64,000 bases of DNA from Nitrosopumilus sp. GTDB lineage: Archaea > Thermoproteota > Nitrososphaeria > Nitrososphaerales > Nitrosopumilaceae. The stretch is from the NCBI GenBank assembly GCA_965207075.1, contig CBDBLO010000002.1:2112001-2176000 (forward strand). The letters are read 5' to 3'. Within the stretch, counting starts at the first letter, position 1; each line of letters opens with the position of its first letter. Both the position numbers and the translations under genes were made by a program. The notes under the pieces are model-generated. The model worked only from the letters and a program-made list of their open reading frames with translations. It did no database searches and was not told the DNA's origin. Shown here in pieces: positions 12,400 to 21,094 of the stretch.

Positions 12400-13926
12400 A
12401 TGGTTCTAGAGCTGCAAAAGCCGCGCCCCATATGGCAGATAATGTTCTCGACCCACCACACCGACGTGGGGCTCCTGTACCTCATAACGTCCCTGGCGTT
12501 CCTGTTCCTGGGCGGAGCGCTGGCGCTCGCAATCAGGGCGGAGCTGTTCCTGCCGGGGGCCCAGATCATAGGCGACGCGATGACGTTCAACCGCATATTC
12601 ACAGTCCACGGCACCACGCTGATCTTTTTGTTCATCATACCCTTCGCGTCTGCAGTCGGCAACTACTTTGTCCCGATAATGGTCAGGTACAAGGACATGG
12701 CGTACCCAAAGCTCAACGCGATCGCGTTCTGGATGATACCTCCCTCCGGCGCCCTGATATGGCTCGGCTTTGCGGACTTTACGTGGTACGCGACTCCCCC
12801 CTACTCGATAATCAGCGCCCCGGGGCCGGCTGCCGACATGTGGATATTCGGCCTCAAGATCCTTGGCGTATCCTCCGTGCTGGGCGCGATAAACTTCGTC
12901 GTCACCATACTAAAGTGCAAGCATCCGGACATGTCGATAGGGCAGGTCCCGCTGCTGGCGTGGTCCTTCCTCTCCTCGTCGCTCATCATACTGGTCGCAA
13001 TCCCGACCTTTGCGGCCGCGCTGCTGATGCTGCTCACCGACCGCCTCGGCGTGAGCGGCTTCTTCAACCCCGCGCTCGGCGGCGACCCGATAGCGTACGC
13101 GCACCTGTTCTGGTTCACTTTCCACCCCGAGGTGTACGTGCTTGTGATCCCGGCGATCGGGATGATGTACGAGATAATACCGAGGTTCTCCAGGAGGCCG
13201 ATCTACAGCTACAGCTCCGGGGTGTTCGCGTTCGTCCTTCTGTCGATAGTCGGGTTCTCCTCGTGGGCCCACCACATGTACGCGACGGGCATGTCGTTTA
13301 CCGAAAAGACCGTGTTCATGGTCGGCACGCTGGCGGCGGTTCCCGCGTCTGCCATGCACGTGTTCAACTTTATCGCCACTATGTGGAACGGCCGCATCAG
13401 GTTCTCCACCCCCATGATGTGGGCAGTCGGCGGGATCGCGCTCTTCTTCTCGGCGGGTGCCGGCGGCGTCGTCAACAGCGCAATGCCGCTGGACTTTACC
13501 ACGCACGACACCTACTGGGTGGTCGGACACTTCCACCTCTTTGTGATGGGTACCATAGCGTTCGGGTCCATCGGGTACCTCTACTACATGTTCCCGTACG
13601 TGACCGGAAGGATGTACAACGAGACGATGGGCAAGATACACTTTGTAATGTCGTTCATCGGCACCATCCTGGTGTTCTTTACGCAGCACGTGCTCGGGCT
13701 GTACGGGATGCCGCGGCGCATATTTGACTACCCGCCCATACCGGAGTGGATCGCGATGAACCAGATCGCGTCGATAGGGGCTATGATAATCGGGGTCAGC
13801 ATGGTGGTGTTCCTGGCAAACATGATACACAGCTCCGCAAAGGGCGAGCCGGCAAACACGGACGACCCGTTCGGCGTGGGCGGCAGGTACTATTACCCGT
13901 TTGAGGCAAAGAACCCCTCGCATTGA
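12400..13926 (+). CDS. coxA: Heme-copper oxidase subunit I
   Basis: TVHG, HLFWFTFHPEVY, WAHHMY, VGHFH, GMPRR. Confidence 0.97.
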   Translation: MVLELQKPRPIWQIMFSTHHTDVGLLYLITSLAFLFLGGALALAIRAELFLPGAQIIGDAMTFNRIFTVHGTTLIFLFIIPFASAVGNYFVPIMVRYKDMAYPKLNAIAFWMIPPSGALIWLGFADFTWYATPPYSIISAPGPAADMWIFGLKILGVSSVLGAINFVVTILKCKHPDMSIGQVPLLAWSFLSSSLIILVAIPTFAAALLMLLTDRLGVSGFFNPALGGDPIAYAHLFWFTFHPEVYVLVIPAIGMMYEIIPRFSRRPIYSYSSGVFAFVLLSIVGFSSWAHHMYATGMSFTEKTVFMVGTLAAVPASAMHVFNFIATMWNGRIRFSTPMMWAVGGIALFFSAGAGGVVNSAMPLDFTTHDTYWVVGHFHLFVMGTIAFGSIGYLYYMFPYVTGRMYNETMGKIHFVMSFIGTILVFFTQHVLGLYGMPRRIFDYPPIPEWIAMNQIASIGAMIIGVSMVVFLANMIHSSAKGEPANTDDPFGVGGRYYYPFEAKNPSH

Positions 13927-13961
13927 TGATGATGATGATGATGATGGTAGTGTGGTAAGAG

Positions 13962-14963
13962 ATGGCAGACGGCAGAAGCAGCGGGACGCAGCAGCAGGTG
14001 TACATGACCACGCCGGCCAGGACCGGCAAGATGATGGCCATAATGCTGGGCATATGCATAGTTGGAGGCGCCATCTTCTTCGGGATGTGGGACTATTGGA
14101 TATCCGAGCCGGCCCCGATCGTGGCGATAATGGCGGCCTCCACCGCGGCGCCCGTCGCGGAGCAGGCGGAGCAGACGGGCCAAACCATAACCTCGGACCT
14201 AGTCTTCATCGAGGCTGACGACTTTATCACGATGGCCTTCAACGCGCTGCCCGGCGAGGAGGGCAACAACCCGACCATAAACATGAACGTGGGCGACAAG
14301 GTCGTGTTCAACGTGGTAAGCGACGGCATCTCGCTGCACGCGTTTGGCGTCACGCAGGAGGAGGAGGGCACCGCTGGCATCATACCCGGCACCGAGATCG
14401 GCAGCCCCAACAGCCCGATGCTGAAGGGGGACAGCGGCACCGCTGAGTTCGTGGCCGGCGAGGAGGGCACCTACTATTACATATGCACGGTCCCCGGGCA
14501 CAGGGCACAGGGCATGGAGGGCACCATTGTGGTGGGCCCCGCGCCCGAGTCTGGGGACGGCGGCAGCGGAGGAGGAGGAGGAGAGGCGGCCCCCCCGACC
14601 GGCATATCGCACGAGTTTGAGTTTGACTATGTAGAGTCCGACGACTTTAGGACGTTCGGGTTCAACGGGCTTGAGGGCGAGGAGGGGGCAAACCCCGAGA
14701 TTGTGGTCAACTCCGGCGACGAGATTACGGTCACCACGGTCAACGTGGGCGTCTCGTTCCACTCGTTCGGGGTGGTGGCAGACCCCGCCGACTTTGCAAA
14801 CGTGCTGTGGGGCTCGGAGATAGGGTCCATGACAAGCCCGCTTAAGAACGGCGAGAGCGGCTCAGTCACGTTCACGGCCGGGGCGCCGGGCAAGTACTAT
14901 TACATCTGTACCGTTCCAGGCCACGCCCTGCAGGGGATGCAGGGGGTCCTGACTGTCGAGTAG
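13962..14963 (+). CDS. Membrane-anchored protein with two blue (type 1) copper domains
   Basis: Two H...YYYICTVPGH..QGM sites and an N-terminal TM helix. Confidence 0.9.
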   Translation: MADGRSSGTQQQVYMTTPARTGKMMAIMLGICIVGGAIFFGMWDYWISEPAPIVAIMAASTAAPVAEQAEQTGQTITSDLVFIEADDFITMAFNALPGEEGNNPTINMNVGDKVVFNVVSDGISLHAFGVTQEEEGTAGIIPGTEIGSPNSPMLKGDSGTAEFVAGEEGTYYYICTVPGHRAQGMEGTIVVGPAPESGDGGSGGGGGEAAPPTGISHEFEFDYVESDDFRTFGFNGLEGEEGANPEIVVNSGDEITVTTVNVGVSFHSFGVVADPADFANVLWGSEIGSMTSPLKNGESGSVTFTAGAPGKYYYICTVPGHALQGMQGVLTVE

Positions 14964-14965
14964 CC

Positions 14966-15595
14966 TTGGCTGCCATAAAGTACCTTGCACTATCGAGCAT
15001 GATCGTGCTGTACTCGCTCATGTTCCTTGGCGGGTACATATCGGCCGCGGGCCTGGGGCTCACGTGCCCCGAGTGGCCGCTGTGCCCGGACGGCATAATG
15101 CCCTCAGAAGAATACCTGATAGAATGGATACACAGGCTGGCCGCCGCCACCACGGGCGCGCTCGTGGTCGCCACCATGATCGCCGGCTTCCTGCACAGGG
15201 GGGCCGATGCCAAGATCAGGGTCACGAGCTCGCTTGCGACCGTCTTTGTCATAGTCCAGATCACGCTCGGGGCGCTCGTCATCGACCTAAAGCTGCACGC
15301 CGTCCTGGTCGCGATACACCTGGGGATAGGGATACTGCTGTTTGCAATGGTGCTGCTGACGACGCTGTTTGCGTTCCGCATACAGTCGCCCGCAAAGGCC
15401 GTTGCGCATGGCCGCAGCGGTGGTAGCGGTAGCAGCAACGGCAACAATAGCAGCAGTGACGACAACTATGGCACTGGCGACAGTGGCGATAGCAGCAACG
15501 GCAACGCCAACCGCAACGGCCGCGGACTACGCCGGAACTCCGGCGGCGGCGCCAAGATGATGCAGGATGCCGCAACGGCGGACGTTGCGCACTGA
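14966..15595 (+). CDS. ctaA: Short (half-size) heme A synthase, CtaA/Cox15 family
   Basis: GLTCPEWPLC, EWIHR, QITLG, IHL; low-complexity C-terminal tail. Confidence 0.88.
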   Translation: MAAIKYLALSSMIVLYSLMFLGGYISAAGLGLTCPEWPLCPDGIMPSEEYLIEWIHRLAAATTGALVVATMIAGFLHRGADAKIRVTSSLATVFVIVQITLGALVIDLKLHAVLVAIHLGIGILLFAMVLLTTLFAFRIQSPAKAVAHGRSGGSGSSNGNNSSSDDNYGTGDSGDSSNGNANRNGRGLRRNSGGGAKMMQDAATADVAH

Positions 15596-15663
15596 CTAGG
15601 TACTGGAGGGACGACGACGACGGCCGCCGCCGCCGCCGGCCCCGCACGCATACCACATACAGA

Positions 15664-16293
15664 TCACCGGCCAAACGGAGGATGCCTGCCGCCGGCCCCG
15701 CCGTCTCCTCCCCCCTCTCGCCGCCGCCATCGCCGCTGCATCTTCGGAAGGTAGATGTACGCCATCACGCCTGCAAAGCAGAACGCCCCGACTGTAATGG
15801 ATATGATAAAGATGTACCCAAACGGGCTCTGCGTGCCCATGTTGAACGTATACGTGGTTACCCCGGGCTTGTCCACCATGTCATAGAGGTCCACCTTTAC
15901 GATGTGGTTTCCCTGATACCGCCACGTGTGCCCAAAGTCCCAGTGCCCCCCCTCTATGGCCGTGGGCGGGACCGCGTCCACCTGCTGCCCGTTGTAAAAG
16001 AACCTGATTCCCATCGTGAACCTGTCTACCTCCTCAAAGTCCGTGTCGGTCACCCGGACCAGAAACATCGACGGCTCGTCGATCTGGGGAAACTCGGGGG
16101 CCGTCGCAACCTGCACCCTGTACCCCGCCATAAACTCCTCGGCCGAGTTGAACATGGAGTGCCCCGACGCCTCCTGCGCGCCCGGCACCAAGGCGCACGC
16201 CGCGCACAGCAGAGCGATCGCGGCCACGCCCCGGACGAGGGCGGACCCCGGGGCCTTCTTCTTCTGCCGCCCTCCCGCCGGTTTTGTCATCAT
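15664..16293 (-). CDS. Conserved hypothetical membrane protein
   Basis: Signal-like N-terminus, HSMFNSAEE motif, C-terminal TM helix. Confidence 0.7.
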   Translation of the reverse strand: MMTKPAGGRQKKKAPGSALVRGVAAIALLCAACALVPGAQEASGHSMFNSAEEFMAGYRVQVATAPEFPQIDEPSMFLVRVTDTDFEEVDRFTMGIRFFYNGQQVDAVPPTAIEGGHWDFGHTWRYQGNHIVKVDLYDMVDKPGVTTYTFNMGTQSPFGYIFIISITVGAFCFAGVMAYIYLPKMQRRWRRREGGGDGGAGGRHPPFGR

Positions 16294-16346
16294 ACTCTGG
16301 GATCGTCTTCAAAAGCTTTAAATCCTTATTGGCAAGAGTCGGATCG

Positions 16347-16958
16347 TTGACACTTGTCACGAAATCCACCGAGATAAAGGTGCCAGTCGACAGCGTCTTT
16401 ACCTATTTTGCGCGGCCCGAGCACGTCTCGGATCAGATGAAGAGCGAGACGGTGGGCATGACCGTGATCCCCATGGACATCAAGGAGGGGATGGGGGTCG
16501 GAACCACGTTTCGCGTGATAGGCGACTTTGGAGGCAAGCGGCTGGAATGGGACTGCGAGACCACCGAGTTTGTGCGCAACAAGCGCATATCCGCAGAGCA
16601 GACTGAGGGCCCGTTCAAGAAATGGGCCATCACAAACGAGTTTGAGGAGCTCGGGGCCAACCTGACCAGGGTTACCATGTCAGTGGACTATGAGATGCCC
16701 TTTGGCCCGCTGGGCGCCATCCTGAACAAGGCAAAGTTTGCAAAGTCCGCCGAGAGGGGCATGGAGACGGCCCTGTACAGCGTCCGCGGACTCTTGGAGG
16801 GCAACGGCTCGATTCCCGTATACATCACGCTTGACGCGTATCAAAAGCTGCTCGAGGAGAAGAAAAAGATGAACGACGTGCCGGTCTCCACCGCGCTGAC
16901 GGCCATCATACAAAAGTACAACCAGATAGAGCAGAAAGAGCTTGCCGTCACAGGATAG
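16347..16958 (+). CDS. SRPBCC (polyketide cyclase/START-like) protein
   Basis: EIKVPVDSVF, GVGTTF, EGPFKKW, YEMPFGPLG; TTG start after a TTTAAA box at ~16317. Confidence 0.85.
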   Translation: MTLVTKSTEIKVPVDSVFTYFARPEHVSDQMKSETVGMTVIPMDIKEGMGVGTTFRVIGDFGGKRLEWDCETTEFVRNKRISAEQTEGPFKKWAITNEFEELGANLTRVTMSVDYEMPFGPLGAILNKAKFAKSAERGMETALYSVRGLLEGNGSIPVYITLDAYQKLLEEKKKMNDVPVSTALTAIIQKYNQIEQKELAVTG

Positions 16959-17093
16959 GCAGCGCCGTGCGTTTCTGACGTTTTCAAACCGCGAGCATCT
17001 AGCCCGCTTGCGACGCCCGTGTCCCGCCTCCGGCGTCCCGCGCCCCGGCGGATCTGAAGATTATAATAGTAATTTTGCGCCGTCCGTAACGGT

Positions 17094-17167
17094 GGGTCTA
17101 TGGCGCAGCCAGGTAGCGCTCAGGACTCTTAATCCTGCTGTCGTGGGTTCGAATCCCTCTAGACCCG
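17094..17167 (+). tRNA. tRNA-Lys(CTT)
   Basis: GGGTCTA/TAGACCC acceptor, CAGGA-CTCTTAA-TCCTG anticodon arm, GTTCGAATC T-loop, upstream TTATAA box. Confidence 0.95.
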
Positions 17168-17337
17168 CTACTATACCGGTACTCTTTTGGGCTCCGGTAA
17201 GTGGAAAGAATGATCACAGGTAGGAAGGAAAGGCCCGAAAGGCGAAAACCGGGGGAGGGGTGTCACGGCGGCGCGCAGGGGCGCGGGACTCGCCCTTCCA
17301 CAGGGGCTTTTATGGGATCGGGGGTGTGCGTCCGACC

Positions 17338-18639
17338 ATGATTAAGATTACAAAAGAGGAGTTGAGGGACGGTGGGTCTGCCGCATCATGTACCGAGCCC
17401 CTCGACCTGTTCTGGCAGGGCATCAGGGCCGAGGAGACCCGCAAGACATACACGCGCACGCTCAGGCGCCTGCTGTGCGGCGCGCTGGAGGAGGTGCTGG
17501 AGGGCACGTTTGAGGAGCGCGCGGCGCAGCTTGTGCGGCTGGGAAAGGACGACCCGAACCGCACGCTGAACCTCGTGCTGCGCATATCAGGAAAGATTCG
17601 GGCGAGGAGCTCGCTGCCGCACGACCACCCGGACTACTTTAACCCGTCGGGCGTCCCCAACTACTTCAAGCCGCTCAAAAAGCTGTTCGACATGAACGGC
17701 GTTTCAATGCCGTGGAAGCGCATCTACTCGACGTTCCCCGAGTCCGACAACATCACGGAATCGCGGGGATGGACCCGGGGGGAGATACAGTCCATGCTCC
17801 GGTTTGCCAAGGGGTCGGCCGACAGGGCCGTCATACTGGTCGCCGCCAGTTCGGGCATAAGGGCCGGGGGGTTTGAGCTGCTGCGGTGGTCGGATCTCAG
17901 GCCGATATACCGCGCCGCTGCCGGCGGGGGCGGTAGCAGTGACGATGGGAACAGAAGCAGCAGCGACGTCCTCAGCTTTGAGCATGGTGGAGGCGACGGC
18001 ACTGCGGCGGAGCCGGTCTGCGCCATGCTTACCGTATACGCCCGCACAAACGCAAGCTATCCGGCGTTCGTCACGCCGGAGGCGTACGCGGCGGTAATGG
18101 ATTACCGGGGCGTGTGGGCCTCGGAGATCGGCAGGCCCCCGGAGCCCGGCGATCCCATCTTCAAGAGGGCCGGAAGCCTGCCCGCAAAGGCCACCACCCC
18201 GCTGATAAAGAGGAGGATCGAGAAGGTGGCCGGCGCGGCGGGCCTGCGCGCCTCCGGCAGAAAGTCCCGCAACCTGTTTGACGTGCCCATAATGAACGGC
18301 TTCCGCCGGTTCTGGAACAAGGCGTGCAAGGAGTCCTCCTCGAGGGAGTCGCCCCTGTCGTCCCTGATAAGAAAGGAGTACATGATGGGGCATGTCGGCC
18401 TGGTGAGCCTGGACCGCAACTACTTCAAGACGCACGTGATGGAGCTTGCAGAAGAGTACCTGCAGTCGGTGCCGCACCTGACCATAGACGACGCGGTCAG
18501 GCTGCGGCTGGCAAACGCGAGGCAGTCGGAGAGGATAGGGCTGCTGGAGGATGAAAAGGACAGGGAGATTGCAAAGCTGCGCCTCATGGTCGAGCAGCTT
18601 GCGGGCAGGATCGAGTCCTACTCCTCCCGGGGGATCTGA
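17338..18639 (+). CDS. Tyrosine recombinase/integrase
   Basis: SSGIR (catalytic R), NGFRR (HxxR variant), MMGH, DRNYF (catalytic Y), C-terminal coiled coil. Confidence 0.9.
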   Translation: MIKITKEELRDGGSAASCTEPLDLFWQGIRAEETRKTYTRTLRRLLCGALEEVLEGTFEERAAQLVRLGKDDPNRTLNLVLRISGKIRARSSLPHDHPDYFNPSGVPNYFKPLKKLFDMNGVSMPWKRIYSTFPESDNITESRGWTRGEIQSMLRFAKGSADRAVILVAASSGIRAGGFELLRWSDLRPIYRAAAGGGGSSDDGNRSSSDVLSFEHGGGDGTAAEPVCAMLTVYARTNASYPAFVTPEAYAAVMDYRGVWASEIGRPPEPGDPIFKRAGSLPAKATTPLIKRRIEKVAGAAGLRASGRKSRNLFDVPIMNGFRRFWNKACKESSSRESPLSSLIRKEYMMGHVGLVSLDRNYFKTHVMELAEEYLQSVPHLTIDDAVRLRLANARQSERIGLLEDEKDREIAKLRLMVEQLAGRIESYSSRGI

Positions 18640-18669
18640 GGTTTTTATGCGCCCCGCGGCACTGGCCGC

Positions 18670-18810
18670 ATGGACAGTAAGACATGCCCCGTATGTTTGC
18701 GCGCCTTGGACCTGCATTCTGACGCGGAGGTCATCGCCTGCGCACGCGCCTTGACATCCCGCACGCACGCGGAAAAACCGCGCCAGACCGCGCAGGAATT
18801 CACGCACTGA
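18670..18810 (+). CDS. 46-aa putative zinc-finger microprotein (not in the ORF track)
   Basis: Manual translation: MDSKTCPVCLRALDLHSDAEVIACARALTSRTHAEKPRQTAQEFTH, a CxxC-x6-H-x7-C pattern. Confidence 0.6.
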   Translation: MDSKTCPVCLRALDLHSDAEVIACARALTSRTHAEKPRQTAQEFTH

Positions 18811-18939
18811 TCGACGTAGGCGCCAAGTCCCGCCGGGTACTGCTTCCAATTCGTGATACGCGGCCTTGCGAGACGGCGATACCGTACTTGGATCGTACTA
18901 TGTGAAGTATGCGCGCACTTAAAAGGGGGCAGATCGCAA

Positions 18940-19032
18940 TGGAGACGGCGGCCGGGGGATTCGAACCCCCATGCGCTTGCGCGCGGCGATTCAGGAGATC
19001 GCTGCCAAACCGGGTATGGCGTAGCTGCCACC
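18940..19032 (-). tRNA. Atypical tRNA-like gene: CCT (Arg) anticodon with a long variable arm
   Basis: Reverse complement folds as D-arm GCCA/TGGC, anticodon arm GCGAT-CTCCTGA-ATCGC, V-arm GCGC-GCAA-GCGC, T-arm GGGGG-TTCGAAT-CCCCC, acceptor GGCAGCT/GGCCGCC, followed by GTCTCCA. Confidence 0.75.
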
Positions 19033-19148
19033 TATTCCCTACGGGCGTGCTGCGCTTTTATCCGTAACTTTCCAAGGTGAGGCTTCCAATTCGTGATACG
19101 CGGGCGGCGGTCTCGATCTTTTATATGGATCTGGGGTCTGGAGATCGC

Positions 19149-19610
19149 ATGGGCTACAAGAAGGGAGACTTGTGCCCCAAGTGCGAGAGCGGCATATTAG
19201 TCGTAGGTGGCGAGGTAACAGTATCCGGGGAGGACGGCGACGAGTGGTCTCGGAAGATCATCCTAAGGTGCCCCAACTGTGACCAGCGTCCTCTTTCCGT
19301 CGAGCTCGAAGGCCTTGTTAGGAACCGGGAACACGTGGCGCCAAAGGTGGACTTTGTCAGATTTGAGGAGATGTGCGAGCTCCTGCTCAAGTTCCTTAAA
19401 GAATCTGACGGATGGCTCCTGCTGGATGCCATAGTGTCACAGTGCTTTACGGGCAAAAAGGGCAAAGACGGGAGGCTGTTCCTGTCAGACCGGGAGGACT
19501 GGAACACGGTGAAAGGCATAGTGGTGTATTTCGAGCTTGACGGGCGGTTGGAATCCAGGCCGCACAACGGCAATCCGGAGCTGAGAGAGTACAAGTGGAA
19601 GATACCATGA
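19149..19610 (+). CDS. Hypothetical zinc-ribbon protein with possible C-terminal wHTH
   Basis: CPKC and CPNC pairs; TTTTATA box at ~19119. Confidence 0.7.
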   Translation: MGYKKGDLCPKCESGILVVGGEVTVSGEDGDEWSRKIILRCPNCDQRPLSVELEGLVRNREHVAPKVDFVRFEEMCELLLKFLKESDGWLLLDAIVSQCFTGKKGKDGRLFLSDREDWNTVKGIVVYFELDGRLESRPHNGNPELREYKWKIP

Positions 19611-19662
19611 ATCCGTGATACGCAGATCGCAGGCGGGGGAAAGGAGAGATCGCAAGACTTGA

Positions 19663-19971
19663 TCAACTCCAACCCAAAACCGCCATGATACTGGCTATGG
19701 ATCCCGCGACTGCCAGCAGGTAGATGATGTACTGGAGGAGCGGGCTGATTTTGCGTATGTCTTCGGAGAAGATGTCGATGTCCGGGTGTGTTTCGCTGTA
19801 CTTGGCCAGCGCTCGCCTGAAGGCCTTCTGGTTCCTTGTCCTCCGTTCCCACTTGTAGTGGTTGTGCCTCGGGGCTACCTGCACCTGTGCGATGGTCAGG
19901 CCTTCCACCTTCAACAGGCGTTCAAGCTCATCGCACATGGCTTGATCCAGGGCCTTGTCCTTCAGGGACAT
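19663..19971 (-). CDS. Hypothetical protein with C-terminal TM helix
   Basis: ORF from MSLKDKALD to a hydrophobic C-terminus. Confidence 0.55.
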   Translation of the reverse strand: MSLKDKALDQAMCDELERLLKVEGLTIAQVQVAPRHNHYKWERRTRNQKAFRRALAKYSETHPDIDIFSEDIRKISPLLQYIIYLLAVAGSIASIMAVLGWS

Positions 19972-20009
19972 GCGTAGACGCACGTTGGATGGTGAGCAGC
20001 GCCTTTTGC

Positions 20010-20252
20010 TTAATTTTTGATAGGAAACTCGACCGTCTGGACCTTGTTCCTGCACCTTTCGAAAATTTCCCTGGCGATCTTTTCCGACTGTTTTTCATCG
20101 TCAATGCTGATCTTTGCAGACAAGTCGAAGGAGGGCGAGTTTGGCAGATCCTTGAGGCTTACAAACCCCATCTTTTTCAAGGTCTCCTTGACGCTTGGAC
20201 ACGCCTGGCTCTCATTGCAAAGTATCCGAAACTCATATTCCATTTCCATCAC
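20010..20252 (-). CDS. Small hypothetical protein, possible ACT/ferredoxin-like fold
   Basis: 80 aa with an alternating beta/alpha pattern. Confidence 0.55.
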   Translation of the reverse strand: MMEMEYEFRILCNESQACPSVKETLKKMGFVSLKDLPNSPSFDLSAKISIDDEKQSEKIAREIFERCRNKVQTVEFPIKN

Positions 20253-20472
20253 TATTCCTATGATCCCGGGCTACTCCGGGATGAAGGGGTCATACGTGGT
20301 GCAGGGCGAGCACTGGCCCGGCGAGCACCAGCTTGAGGCCGAGGTGTACAGGCACGGCTATCTTGCAAAGTCCTATTATTCGGAACCGTTTACGCTGGAA
20401 TGAGCGTGGCTTCTAATACCTCTTCATTTTTCAAAGGTTTTTGCTTCTGTGAGAGGAAGGGGAGGTGATAAG

Positions 20473-20844
20473 ATGGAAGACGAAACTGCAACGGATGACT
20501 TTGTGAGCCATTTCAAAGATCTAATCAAGAACCTAGACCTACACAAAGGCAAAATCGTTTATCACGACGGAATGGTAGGCATTGGAATCAATGTTCGCGA
20601 CAGCCTTTCAAAAATAAGCAAGGATGACGGAGACCACATAGACGAATGCGTAGTCGAGATGAATGAAAAAATCAAAGATCTAGGTGCTTCAGCAAGACAG
20701 GTTTCGGGCAACTATAACGACATGCCCACCCGTCTCGAATGCGTGATAAGGGCTGGCCACATACGCGATCTGGCAGACACGATAATAGAGCGTGCTGGTG
20801 CCGTGCCAACGGAAGAATACGTGCCCAGCACCGGTACTCCCTAG
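20473..20844 (+). CDS. Hypothetical protein
   Basis: GGAGGTGA Shine-Dalgarno-like sequence before ATG 20473. Confidence 0.6.
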   Translation: MEDETATDDFVSHFKDLIKNLDLHKGKIVYHDGMVGIGINVRDSLSKISKDDGDHIDECVVEMNEKIKDLGASARQVSGNYNDMPTRLECVIRAGHIRDLADTIIERAGAVPTEEYVPSTGTP

Positions 20845-20993
20845 TTCCTACTCTGACTGCTACGACGCTCCATTTCGAGCTCACGTTCCCTGTTTCTTTT
20901 TTCCCTTTCTTCCCTGTTTGGGAACCCAAGGGCGTCAAACAGGTTGTCAATGGCTTCTTCTACGTCATAGCCGACACGAGGTTTTTGACTCAT
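20841..20993 (-). CDS. 50-aa charged microprotein (not in the ORF track)
   Basis: Manual translation: MSQKPRVGYDVEEAIDNLFDALGFPNREEREKRNRERELEMERRSSQSRN; TTTATAAA box upstream at ~21076-21083. Confidence 0.5.
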   Translation of the reverse strand: MSQKPRVGYDVEEAIDNLFDALGFPNREEREKRNRERELEMERRSSQSRN

Positions 20994-21094
20994 TGTTTCG
21001 CCCACCCCGTGCCTGCGTTTCCGAGAAGATCGCGCCGCGTATCACGAATTGGAAGCAGTGCCTCCCGCCGCGCTCTTTATAAAGTTCCAACATA

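Larger units (their letters stand above)
18839..21059. repeat. Dispersed motif ACTGCTTCCAATTCGTGATACGCGGC in direct and inverted copies
   Basis: 18839-18864 (+); 19082-19103 (+, 22 bp identical); 19610-19623 (partial); 21034-21059 (perfect 26-bp inverted copy). Confidence 0.9.

Noticed and set aside
12360-13727. Long alternate-frame and antisense ORFs over core genes (also 12910-13923, 17704-18849, most of 22206-23399, and others)
   Set aside because: These are shadow ORFs produced by high GC3; they are Arg/Pro/Gly-rich, lack motifs and overlap well-supported genes
18940-19032. tRNA-Sec or tRNA-Pyl
   Set aside because: The anticodon is CCT, not TCA or CTA, and the D-stem is only 4 bp
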